From Paraphysomonas bandaiensis (Eukaryota > Protista > Chrysophyceae), in assembly GCA_965644295.1 (NCBI GenBank), contig CBFFRP010000179.1:1-63394 (forward strand): 63,394 nucleotides of DNA, read 5' to 3'. The notes beneath the pieces are model-generated. The model was given only the letters and a program-made list of their open reading frames with translations, had not been told where the DNA came from and did not search any database. Of the stretch, positions 39,351 through 50,911 are shown in pieces; position 1 is the first letter of the stretch, and every line of letters starts with the position of its first letter. A program made the position numbers and the translations under genes.

Positions 39351-41118
39351 CATACAACAATCAAGCTTGTTGGTAAGTTTTATGAGTTAAACGCAGATTT
39401 AAAAAATCAGTGGAACTATTTAGATAGGAGGGGTAAAATATGTCACATGGTATTCGGCTCAAACGTAAGTTCTTGATCAGTAGCAGTATGTACAATGGTA
39501 TGTTCACTTTCCCATACCTTAACAAAGATTACGCGGACCTTCGTGACCATGCATGACTCAGTATAAGACTCAGTATGGCAATGGCTGAGCACCCTCTTCC
39601 CCTAAAATGCGTGGGGTTGTTGCAGTCATGTTTGGACTATGTAAGTACAGTGTAGATCTTCACTAGGGTTTCTTAGTTTAATGTTTAATCAGCACTACAC
39701 TGTACTACGACACACTCGCGGAATGGGGCAGTTAATATCATTAAAAATTTAAAACATAAAAGATATTTCACGTTTGAAACATCGATCAATTACAATTGCA
39801 ATTATTATATGCTGTCCCAATTTCATTATAGTGCCAATAATTGACAATTAGTTTTTGCGCAGTCCTGGGACACACACACACACACAATAACAGGTGAGAT
39901 ATATCCCTTTCCTTTTATCTTCTCTCTGCTATTGTGCTTTATATCTTTATATTAGCACCCTCTGTAAACTGGGCTTGAAAAATATTTTTTATTTAGTCAT
40001 ATTAAATTCTCCCAAATTTAATTCATCTGTTCATCTATAACAAACCATTCATTTGTGTTGTCATTGAACAAGTTATGCAAGTATATATTTGCTCCTTCTT
40101 GGTAACAATCAAAAAGTCCCCAAAATAATAGATTTAAGGCTGTGTTAATCGTCGCGTTAGTTTTAAAAACTAATTTTAGATCATTTATTATATTAACTGC
40201 ATTTCATTATCCATCATTGCATTTTACGGCGAAGAAATAGTCACTTATTTATATATTACAATTTGTGTTTTACACTACTGTCTGCTACCTGCTTGTCAGA
40301 CAGCTATTATTATCCACCTCCACAACCAACTACAGTGTCTATTATCCATTCGTAAACAACGTCAAACCCACTTGGCCAGGTTTCGTCCTTCGAACTACTT
40401 GTCCCATTACTCAGCTTACGCATACGCAGCAGTACATCTTATGAATCCTGGAATATTCTTTGTGTGAGGCACCAAACAAACTCCAACATATATCTACACT
40501 ATGCATATATGGGTTATACATGATTAAGAACCTCGTGCATTCATTCAGAGGGGTAAGCCAATGCCTTTGCAAGATCTACACTATAAACAAGGGGTGGGGG
40601 AATCAAGTAGCTCTCACAGGGAAGATCATGGAGCAGATATTGTGGTAGAGGTGCATAATCAGTGCTGTTGACTGTTGCATGTATGTGTCTGTGCTGCCGT
40701 GATGACTGTGAATGCACTGCGCTGCATCATATTTTTCGGGAATAAATTGAAGCAGAAATGCTCTATATAACTGCAGTACAACTACGGCTGGAATACACAT
40801 AATTATTGACTCAATATTAGAGGCATCTTTGAACAAAAATATACAAAGGATGCTGATATGTGACAGTTACTGCTATACACTGCAACCTATACACAACTAC
40901 AGCTCGAATACGGATCGTAATACAGTATTCAATTATTAGAATTCAGAAATACGGTAGATTTATCCCATCTCATACTCTAATAATCCTAGTTTTTCCTAAA
41001 ATCCAACTATTTTCAATTGTCATTATCGTAGAAATTAGCAATTTCTTGATTTTGAATCTGAAGAATTCAACCATTTCTGGGAAATAGACACACAAATAAG
41101 ATACGCTTGTCAACACAT

Positions 41119-41201
41119 CACAAGCACAATCACAAGCACAATCACACGCACAATCACAATCACAGCAACAGCAGCAACAACAACAACAACAACAACAACA
41201 G
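41119..41201. repeat. (CACAAK)n and (CAA)n simple repeats upstream of the M15 gene
   Basis: Directly visible. Confidence 0.85.
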
Positions 41202-41210
41202 CCTGTAGTC

Positions 41211-42907
41211 ATGCAAAAACTACTGTTTGCACTATTAACAGCATGGATCCTGTGCACCACACTCACTATCGCCGAGACTAATCTACGTCAGAGCCCATAT
41301 CATCGCCGTGCTAAAGGTAAAGGCGGCAAGGGAGGAAAGGGAGGAAAGGGAGGTAAAGGAGGCAAAGGGGGTAACAATGGGGGGTCAGATGATGATGAGA
41401 CAGCTGATTTTAATGAACTGAATGTCGTAAATAACTTTCCGCCAGATGCGTATGTGGTGGAAGATATCACTGAATTACCGCCTGCTCCTATAGAGCTGCA
41501 GTTGTCCGTTCCTACACCAGAGGATATTGACCCCTTTGAAAACATTGAAGATTCGTCATACATCATCGAGGCAGGAAGAGAATATTATGTTTACGCAATT
41601 GTTCCTCCTCCTGTAAGCACGACATCTGTTGCTGGGACTAACGACCACAGACCGTTACATCAGTGAATGGTATTGGCGTGGCTTTTGGAAACACGGATGA
41701 AAGCGTGGTAGTTACACCATTGGTGTCAAGCGGGGTTTCTAATTTGGGTACTTACAGTGACGGATCAACTCTATACCGCCTACAGATGTCAATTCCTTCG
41801 TCGACGTGCACAAGTAACAGTCACACGGGGTCAATAAATGGATGTTTTGCAATGGATTACAGTTTGTATTCTATAAGCGATAATGGCGAAGTCTCTGAAC
41901 CAGCCAAATCAACATCACATATTTCCTGTGGTAGTGTGTGCTCTGGAAACTCTGTTTGTGCTGTGGGGTGCCAGTCATGTGATGCCGGAGATCAAGTGTC
42001 CGGGTCTGATACCCCAGTATCTCGCAAATTTGATTTGGGTACTACCACTGGGTCATTTGAATTAATGTATGAAACATATGGCGTTCCAGATCGCGTAAAG
42101 GTGTGGAATGATGGTACACTGTTACATGATAGCGGGTGCTTGGGAACATATGGCGAATACAACTTCGATATTCAATTTAGCAGTTCTTCCTCTGAGGTTA
42201 GGGTAGATGTGGAGCCTCTTTGCACGTGCTCAACTGGTGGTCCTTGTTCTGGTACAGCGTGGTACTTTCATATTCAATGCCCTGAAATTGCGAGTCCACC
42301 AACACCCCAGCCAACTGAATCTTGCACTCTAGGCGAGCAATCTGGATGTTCGACATCTGTTGCGAGTGGGCTCACTGCTCAAATTATATCAAAATTGGAA
42401 ACCATGGGGTATGATTTCGAGGATCTAGATGACGAATGGGTGCACTGTACCGATCCTTGTGTGAACTCCCTTCAAGAGAAGGCAGCTAAATCACTTGTAA
42501 AAGCTGCTAAGTCCAAAGATGATTTCATTACTCTAACCTCCGCCTTCCGATCGTCGGCCCAACAGTACCTATTGTACGACTGGAGGAATCGTGGCTTATG
42601 TAACCTTGGATTGGTTGCAAAACCAGGCACTTCTAACCATGAGAGCGGAAGGGCTATCGACACGGCAAATTACAACTACTGGAAGGATACACTGACTGAC
42701 GATAAACGTGGTTGGTCTCACCCATTTCCCACTCGTGACCCCGTTCATTTTGAGTACACCACTGCCACTAATATCGCAAAAAATAACCTAATGGCATTCC
42801 AGAAATTATGGAACGAAAACAATCCTGACGATAAAATTATAGAGGACGGTTTATACGGCACTAATACGGAAAATGCCTTTTCTAAAGCCCCGTGCAATGG
42901 GTGGTAA
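41211..42907 (+). CDS. Secreted M15-family (VanY-like) Zn peptidase with C-terminal peptidoglycan-binding-like domain, 2 exons
   Basis: Signal peptide and GGK repeats. A 38-nt intron at 41613-41650 (GTAAGC..CTAAC..CAG) joins the two ORFs in frame. SAFRS..QQ, AKPGTSNHESGRAID and DPVHFEY are M15 motifs; AFQKLWN..IEDGLYGTNT is PG_binding_1-like. Confidence 0.85.
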
Positions 42908-44451
42908 GGCGTGTGGATTATCAATTAGTTTGCTATTTGCTATCATACATTTCAGCAACTAAAGCATTGCTATAGTAGTAATTATCAAAACTATAATGAC
43001 ATGTATACGTATTCTCTATTCCAGCACATATGTATGGCACTGTTTAACTATATTACATCATAATCACGTATAATTAAGTCCGGATAACTTCTCTCAGCTG
43101 CACAGCCACCATAACATGAAGTTACCTCTATCTAAAACGAGACACTAATTCTTAACGCTATATGTGTTGCCTGTGAAGTGATTACACTGTCGGAATTACA
43201 CTTTTAGCTTCCAGCTACTGCTTCAAAATGAGCTATTTAGCTATTTAGGAACTTCTATATTTTATGGACTTCTGTTGACACATGTAATACTTGAATATTG
43301 GATACTAATGAAAGTTACAATATCGTCGATTTTGATATTAAATACAGTACACCAGTATTTTGTTAGATATATTCATTTTACATACACTTTTTTGACTACA
43401 ACCCAAGTGAATCGATTAGATATACATACTACTGTACATCCACGATAGCATTGGCACAAAGAGCTTATGATATCAACTGTATTCGATATCAAAGAGATTG
43501 TTGGTATACCTTGTCAGGTATACCGGGTCATATACCGCTACATCCACTACATATACATTTAACGTTTCCATAGCCCTGTCATTCAGCAGCTCGTGCCAAA
43601 GACAACGCACTGACGTTGTAGTGGTATACCAGTTTACGTTCGGTGGAACTGTCAAAACGAACAACTTTATTTTGTAATTATCAGTGTCAATGAAATACAG
43701 CACAAACAAAGCCACCGTATATTATGGGCTACTAGACACTAGGCTCACAATCAGTAACAATCAATTGGCATTTGGTAAACAAAACTTATGTTTCAATTGT
43801 GTCGATTCGACGGTCTGGGGGCGCTCAGATTTCCCACTGACGTTGCGTAATTACGAAAGTTATTGTATTTCCCTGGTACAACATAGTGGTAGAATTATTG
43901 GACCAGACCAGTACAAGCATGTGTTGTCCAGGGAGTAACGGAACTACAGCTTGGTTTGTGTCATCGCGAAATTTAAAATGAAACTAGAAGATTAATCTCG
44001 ACATTTCTATCATCCACAAAGTAAACTCGTGCAACAGCAAACTCAAGCGACTCTTTCAATTCACATCCAAATTCCACACCAAGATATGAAGGCAGACTAT
44101 GAAACTCATACAACGTACTGAGGATTTTAATTCGAGTTGTAAGTGTTGTTTGGTTTCAGTGTGAGATATCCTCTTGATAGTCTTTAGCATTACAGTGCAT
44201 AGGAGTGTAATAGTGATAGTACATGCTCGTTAATGTGCGTAGAGCGAGATGGTGGTGAGAGTAGAGCGGAGAGCATCCTTCGTGTATTTTTGTTCCAAGA
44301 TGCCTCTAATATTGAGACAACAATTATCTGTATTCCAGCCGTAGTTATATTTCAGTATTATAGAAGATATTTGCTTCAATATTTTCCCGAAAACAAAAGA
44401 TGCTGACTGCAGTACCATAAAAAGCTGAAATGTGTCACTGAATCTATAAAA

Positions 44452-44504
44452 AACCGAAAAAGTATTAGAAAACCCGAAAAAGTATTAGAAAACCCCGAAA
44501 AAGT
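44452..44504. repeat. Short ~20-bp tandem repeat (AAAACCCGAAAAAGTATTAG) x2.5
   Basis: Directly visible, upstream of the ankyrin-like gene. Confidence 0.7.
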
Positions 44505-44701
44505 ATGAAAATCTCAATATTTTGGAATTCTCGGTATACCGTAAAGGAGTGTGCCTATGTTGAGGAAATTTCTTTTCTTTGGTCTTTGTCCTCGTGTGCA
44601 TGTGCATATATATACATACACATCTCAACTCATCTCATTATTTTGCAGTATATTAAAACACTATTAGTCTCATATAATCTCTGCATATATTTAGTATTAA
44701 T

Positions 44702-46405
44702 ATGTCTAATATACCTGCCATCAATGCTGCTGCAAGGGGTGGACACTTGGATGAACTAAGGCGGCTGCGTTCACTGGACCCTCCATGTCCATGGAATGAT
44801 GAGACTTACACTGCTGCTGCAGAGGGTGGACGCTCTAATGTCCTGGATTGGATTCGTTTGCAGAACCCTCCATGTCTAAGGGATGTAGAGACTTGTATGA
44901 AGGATGCTGCTAGAAGAGGAAACGTGAAAGTGATGGAGTGGCTTCGTTCACTAAATCCTGAATCTGAATGGGATGCATGGCCTTGCATATTGAGTGCAGC
45001 TGAGGGTGGACACTCTAATGTTCTGGATTGGATTCGTTTGCAGAACCCTCCATGTCTAAGGGATGTAGAGACTTGTATGAAGGATGCTGCTAGAAGAGGA
45101 AACGTGAAAGTGATGGAGTGGCTTCGTTCACTAAATCCTGAATTTGAATGGGATGCATGGCCTTGCATATTGAGTGCAGCAGAGGGTGGACACCTCGATG
45201 TCCTGGATTGGATTCGTTTGCAGAACCCTCCATGTCTAAGGGATGTAGAGACTTGTATGAAGGATGCTGCTAGAAGAGGAAACGTGAAAGTGATGAAGTG
45301 GCTTCGTTCACTAAATCCTGAATATGAATGGGATGCATGGCCTTTCATTAAGGCTGCGGCTGAGGGTGGACACTCTAATGTCCTGGATTGGATTCGTTTG
45401 CAGAACCCTCCATGTCTAAGGGATGGAGAGACTTGTATGGAGGCGGCTGCTAGAAGAGGAAACGTGAAAGTGATGGAGTGGCTTCGTTCACTAAATCCTG
45501 AATTTGAATGGGATGCATGGCCTTGCATATTGAGTGCAGCTGAGGGTGGACACCTCGATGTCCTGGATTGGATTCATTTGCAGAACCCTCCATGTCTAAG
45601 GGATGTAGAGACTTGTATGGAGGCGGCTGCTAGAAGAGGAAACGTGAAAGTGATGAAGTGGCTTCGTTTACTAAATCCTGAAACTGAATGGGATGCATGG
45701 CCTTGCATCGAGGCTGCGGCTGAGGGTGGACACTCTAATGTTCTGGATTGGATTCGTTTGCAGAACCCTGCATGTCTAAGGGATGTAGAGACTTGTATGA
45801 AGGATGCTGCTAGAAGAGGAAACGTGAAAGTGATGAAGTGGCTTCGTTCACTAAATCCTGAATCTGAATGGGATGCATGGCCTTTCATTAAGGCTGCGGC
45901 TGAGGGTGGACACTCTAATGTCCTGGATTGGATACGTTTGCAGAACCCTCCATGTCTAAGGGATGGAGAGACTTGTATGGAGGCGGCTGCTAGAAGAGGA
46001 AACGTGAAAGTGATGGAGTGGCTTCGTTCACTAAATCCTGAATTTGAATGGGATGCATGGCCTTGCATATTGAGTGCAGCTGAGGGTGGACACCTCGATG
46101 TCCTGGATTGGATTCATTTGCAGAACCCTCCATGTCTAAGGGATGTAGAGACTTGTATGGAGGCGGCTGCTAGAAGAGGAAACGTGAAAGTGATGAAGTG
46201 GCTTCGTTTACTAAATCCTGAAACTGAATGGGATGCATGGCCTTGCATCGAGGCTGCGGCTGAGGGTGGACACTCTAATGTTCTGGATTGGATTCGTTTG
46301 CAGAACCCTGCATGTCTAAGGGATGTAGAGACTTGTATGAAGGATGCTGCTAGAAGAGGAAACGTGAAAGTGCTGGAGTGGCTTCGTTCACTAAGTCCTG
46401 TATAA
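44702..46405 (+). CDS. Ankyrin-like repeat protein made of ~9 near-identical 60-aa (180-bp) units
   Basis: AAEGGH..VLDWIR..PPC and AARRGNVKVMEWLR..WD repeats of the AA..G..L.WL....CPW class; intronless. Confidence 0.8.
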   Translation: MSNIPAINAAARGGHLDELRRLRSLDPPCPWNDETYTAAAEGGRSNVLDWIRLQNPPCLRDVETCMKDAARRGNVKVMEWLRSLNPESEWDAWPCILSAAEGGHSNVLDWIRLQNPPCLRDVETCMKDAARRGNVKVMEWLRSLNPEFEWDAWPCILSAAEGGHLDVLDWIRLQNPPCLRDVETCMKDAARRGNVKVMKWLRSLNPEYEWDAWPFIKAAAEGGHSNVLDWIRLQNPPCLRDGETCMEAAARRGNVKVMEWLRSLNPEFEWDAWPCILSAAEGGHLDVLDWIHLQNPPCLRDVETCMEAAARRGNVKVMKWLRLLNPETEWDAWPCIEAAAEGGHSNVLDWIRLQNPACLRDVETCMKDAARRGNVKVMKWLRSLNPESEWDAWPFIKAAAEGGHSNVLDWIRLQNPPCLRDGETCMEAAARRGNVKVMEWLRSLNPEFEWDAWPCILSAAEGGHLDVLDWIHLQNPPCLRDVETCMEAAARRGNVKVMKWLRLLNPETEWDAWPCIEAAAEGGHSNVLDWIRLQNPACLRDVETCMKDAARRGNVKVLEWLRSLSPV

Positions 46406-46408
46406 GTC

Positions 46409-48775
46409 TGTTGAGATCTGAAGATTCTATATACTTGCAATTGAGTGCAGTATTATGTGAGATGCAAGGATCGAAAGATATATATGTAATTTGTACATTA
46501 TATTATGTAGTATGAAACTGAAGTAGAAGTGGATGACTATACAGGATACGATCACTGAGTGGGTGGTTTGTACACTATAGTAGTAAATGAATGGTGTTGA
46601 ACACATCGAACACAACTTAGGTTCTTTATCATGTAATGTTTATAATTTCATCTTATCAGTTGAGAATAGTAAACCTTAGCAAATAATGTCAACTTCTGTT
46701 ATGGTAGCGAATGCTAGTTGTAGGGATGGGGAAGATGACAAGAAGCTACGGTTTGACAAGAACCAAGCAGACTATTCAGCGAGAAAAATCAAGATGCATC
46801 TAATGAAGAAAAACCGAAACCATCTTGGCTTGGAGGACCCGCCAGCCGGAGGAAGGAATTTAGAGTCATGGAGAGAGCGTAATGATACCTGTGTTAGTAC
46901 TATTTGGGAGGCTTGCGAGCATGACCCTGATGTGTTGGAGGTAGCCAATCAATATTTGGAGGGGAAGGCAATTTTACCTGCTGATGATCCTGCTAAGGAG
47001 GTGTTATCCAGTGAGCTCCTTCAGACACTGGTTGATAGGTTCAGAGGCGAGATTGGGACTGTATTGGAGAAGACTACGGCAGAATACCATTCGTTCAAAA
47101 TAAGGCCGGGGGAAAAGGTGTCTGTTGGGGTAGATCGACTGAACGGTATAATCCAGAAGCTCATAAAATTGGGACAACCGCAGACAGAGGCAAGTAAATT
47201 AGCAAAGATAAAAGCAGCGCTGCAGATAGAGGAATTACATGATTTATGGATGTCGGTAGCGATGATGCCTAAAGCAACAACTACATTTGATTCGGTGAAA
47301 GAGGCTTGTGAAGAGTATGACGAGGCTATGACGCAGCTGAAGAAACTAAAGGGAGACAAATCTGAAGAGATCAATTTTACGGCGTCGAAGGAGCCAGTGG
47401 TTTGTTCATTTTGTCGGAAGAAGGGACATGTAGCAGCGAATTGTTATGCTAAGGAACGACAAAGAAAAATGGATAAGTTCAAAAGAAAAGGGAAGACAAA
47501 GGAAAAGGCTTCGAAGAGTGTGCAGCAGCCAGGATCAAAGGATTATACTGGTTGTCATATCTGTGGAGATTTTAGTCATAAAGCCCGACAGTGCAAGTCG
47601 AAAAAACGGAAGAACATAAAAAACCCGGATAATGAGAATCCTCGAAAATCGAACAGGAAATTCGAGACAGAATGGAAGAAATACGTCAACGACGGAGAGT
47701 CGTCGGATGATGAAGCGAATATGTTTGGAGAAGAGGTTTTGCTATCGGTGGATACGTCGGAAGAACCTCGTGTATATCTGGACAGTTGTGCAAGTAAAAG
47801 ACTGTTTATAGTAAAGGATAAAATTGCACTGGAGTCATTTACTCCTGAGTTTGGGGCAATCCAACTAACTAGAAAGGGTTCTCAATTGGAGACACAGGGG
47901 GCTGGTACATTCGGGGAATGGAGAGACATCAGAGTTAGTGAAGAAGCGGTGAAGAACATTGTGTCAGGAGGGATGCTGAGATCAATGGGATACGGATTAC
48001 AACTGCTTCGAAAGCCTAAAATCGTGGAATTGGACTCTGGAAACGAGGTGTTGACTGGAGAGTACGATGAGCATGGAGGGATGCCGTATGTGGACTTGAT
48101 GGAGGTGTTAAATCTGCCAAATGTGTCTATGTGCAATCAGATGGAGGAGGTAAATTTGTCGGATAATACAGGACAAGATGCGTTGGATCGCTTACATGAG
48201 CGTACTGGACATGTCTCGAAATCGAAGTTATTAGAAGCTCACCGACACATGTTATTCAGAGGATCAGGACTACAACGACATCACCTTTCGAAGGCAAAGG
48301 AGAAGAGTTGCAAGAAACCCCTGTGTAAATGGTGTGCCAAGGCGAAGATAACCAGGCATTCGTTCAAATCACGGGACAACGAAGAGCTAAGCGCAGTCAG
48401 GTTTCTGGAACGAGTGACAGCGGACATCTCAGTCTACCTAAATTGTGAATCCAGACAAGGGTATAAGTACGTACTCCTATTTACGGACTTAGCAACAAAG
48501 ATGATATGGGAATATGGATTGAGGACTCGAAGCGGAGAGGAGGTGTTCAAATGTCTACGACACTTGTGCGAGGTCCACTTAGTGAAGTACGAGGGGTGGA
48601 ACCGTATAGTGGAGTATCATGCCGATGGAGGATCCGAACTTATTAGTCAGCAGATAAGAGAGTATCTGTTGCAGCGATATGGGACTCGGGTGTCACATAC
48701 AACACGAGACACGCCAGAGCTCAACGCGGTGTCTGAGAGGAAATTCCGAACAATTGGGGAGATGACACTGAAAGC
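46409..48775 (+). mobile_element. 3'-truncated Ty1/copia LTR retrotransposon (putative 5' LTR ~46409-46616; gag-protease-integrase ORF 46686-48833)
   Basis: Two CCHC knuckles, protease YLDSCAS, GAG-pre-integrase LHERTGH..CKWC and integrase D..D..E (TADI, HADGGSE, NAVSERK) in copia order. Begins TGTTG; RT and RNase H are missing. Confidence 0.9.
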
Positions 48776-49331
48776 AAACTATTTTCAAACTTGGGAAAAA
48801 TTTTTCCCAAATATTTTCATTAATGATTTCTAGTTGACTATACATATTTTAAGATGAAAAAAGGATATACAACAGCTTGGATGTTGATAAAAGTAAGGTA
48901 ATATTATCAAGCTGTTTTTCCGTCAACTCTTTCAGTAACTCATACCGTAGCGTTGTTTTCCATAATACAAATGAACTGAAATACACACCCTGTATCTTTA
49001 TTACTTACATTGAGAGAAATGTAAACTTATAACTAAAAAAACTGCTTAAAAGACACAAGATATGACCTGAGGGTCACTAGTTCAGTGGATATTTCCAGGG
49101 AATTATTATTCATTGCAGTCAATTTTAGTTATGAACCTAGTCGCAAATTGTACTTACATATAACTTCTAAATTAATTAAATAAATGGTGTCCCACACAGC
49201 AGTAAAGTGAAAATTTTATTTTTGACCAGGTGAATACCATAAACACCTAGTCAACCCAGTCATTGAAAACTGAAAATATGAATTAGTAAATGAATATGTT
49301 TTTCAACCACTTGGTTAGGTGTTTATGTCAC

Positions 49332-50685
49332 CAGGCTGCGTAACCATTAATGGTAATGGCCATTAATGGCCTTCCCCCATAAAAATGGAAAAGCAACCCA
49401 CAGGATTCACAGGTTTGAAATCCATAGCAATTGTATGACCCACTGCCACAGGATGAATTCCCGAACCAAGCCGGCGAGATAAACGATTAGTTTTCCCCAT
49501 TAAACACACCAAACAATCCTGATGCAAATACACCTGTTCTATTACCGAAGGATTTACCTTTACACCCGGCCACGCTCCATTCTTGATTGCCTTTACCATC
49601 ACTGCTGACGGGGCCGCATGATGAAGTCGAGTGTGTAGTTGAACAACTTCATCAATTTTACCTCGTCGCACACCACGACGATGAACAGCTGTAATCATCA
49701 CGCCTATATCCACTATATCTGAAATTGCCCATGTCAAAGGTAGACATTCAGAAGGCTGGGAACAGGCTTTGGAGAGTGCTTTGGAACAGCAAAAGTCAAA
49801 GGGGGGGACCATATCTAGCTATATGGAGAGGACAGTGACAAGGAAAGCCATCAATATTCACAAATGGTTAGAGTGGGTAATTATGGATTACAGAAATCGT
49901 CTGTAGATCATTATGTTGTGCGTAGCATGTTCGACAAACTTATTGAAAACTTTCCAGATATGGAACAGTATCTTGGTGCTAATGCTACCATTACAACTGA
50001 CCCATTATTCGAGAGAGCTGTTGTGAAGATCCAAAGCCAACTGGAGAATACTCTGACTGTTGCAGAATCTAAAACCGTTAAGGGCTATCTCCTTGCGGCT
50101 CATAAGGATGACGATAGCAGTGGCGATGATGAAACGGGGGAAACAGGAGGATTTGCTGTGAATATATAGTGAGAGAAGCTGTGGCAAAAAAGGCAAAGAA
50201 CAGCAGGAGAGCCACTAAATATCGCTCCATGAATCATTTGGTGACGACTTCCAATATTGTTGAGCGATTATTTAGCAGAGCAAAACTTATTATGAGAGAC
50301 CAGCGCAAGCTAATGGAACCCCAACATTTGGAGCTGCTACTCTTTTTGCGTTGCAACAAATTCTTATGGAACGAAGTTACCATTGATGATATTATAGTTG
50401 CTGATGATGTTTAAGAATATTGTTCGTATTAACTATCTGACCTGACTGTAACATGGGAACGAACTGCTCATCATTGCTGTTAAATAGCTAGTACTTAGTC
50501 TAATTATTAGCACTTTCCATTTACTTCTTTCTAAAAAGCAATAAAGCAATAGTCATCAAACCATAAATGGTCCATTAATGGCCATTAATGGCCATAAAAA
50601 TGGTGGGATTTTTAAAATTAATGGCCATAAAAATGGGGGAAGCAATGCGTCGCCATTAATGGCCATTAATGGTTACGCAAGCCTG
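49332..50685 (+). mobile_element. Internally deleted hAT (family C) carrying a copia fragment
   Basis: TIR CAGGC(T)TGCGTAACCATTAATGG at both ends, CCATTAATGG subterminal arrays and C-terminal TSNIVERLFSRAKL..LELLLFLR. Confidence 0.9.
49397..49724 (-). mobile_element. Copia GAG-pre-integrase/integrase N-terminal fragment inside the hAT element
   Basis: LHTRLHHAAPS..CLVCLMGK..GHTIAMDFKP (HHCC followed by the first integrase Asp). Confidence 0.75.
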
Positions 50686-50911
50686 TGTAGCAATGAAATA
50701 CAGAATATACCTAACTACACTGTAGGAGTAGCTATTACAAGTAATTCAAAGAAACTGAAAATATAGTAGCTGTTAAAGATACAATTTGTAGAACAGAATG
50801 TTGATGTTTGTGATTGACGTGGTTCCTCAATCACAGTGCTACAACATCATAATTTCACTATATCTCTATTAACATAATTCAGTCAATACTGTGCTACAGT
50901 AGCAATGAAAT

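Noticed and set aside
40970-41266. Poly-Cys ORF (metallothionein-like)
   Set aside because: Antisense translation of (CAA)n and (CACAAK)n repeats upstream of the M15 gene.
43000-44450. Short ORFs between the M15 and ankyrin-like genes (also 39400-40900 and 21800-22200)
   Set aside because: No recognisable motifs or consistent splice structure; possibly decayed repeats but not supportable.
44790-46400. CRISPR-like array or antisense ORFs in the 180-bp repeat
   Set aside because: No unique spacers and no cas genes; units are contiguous in-frame coding repeats and the antisense ORFs are shadows.
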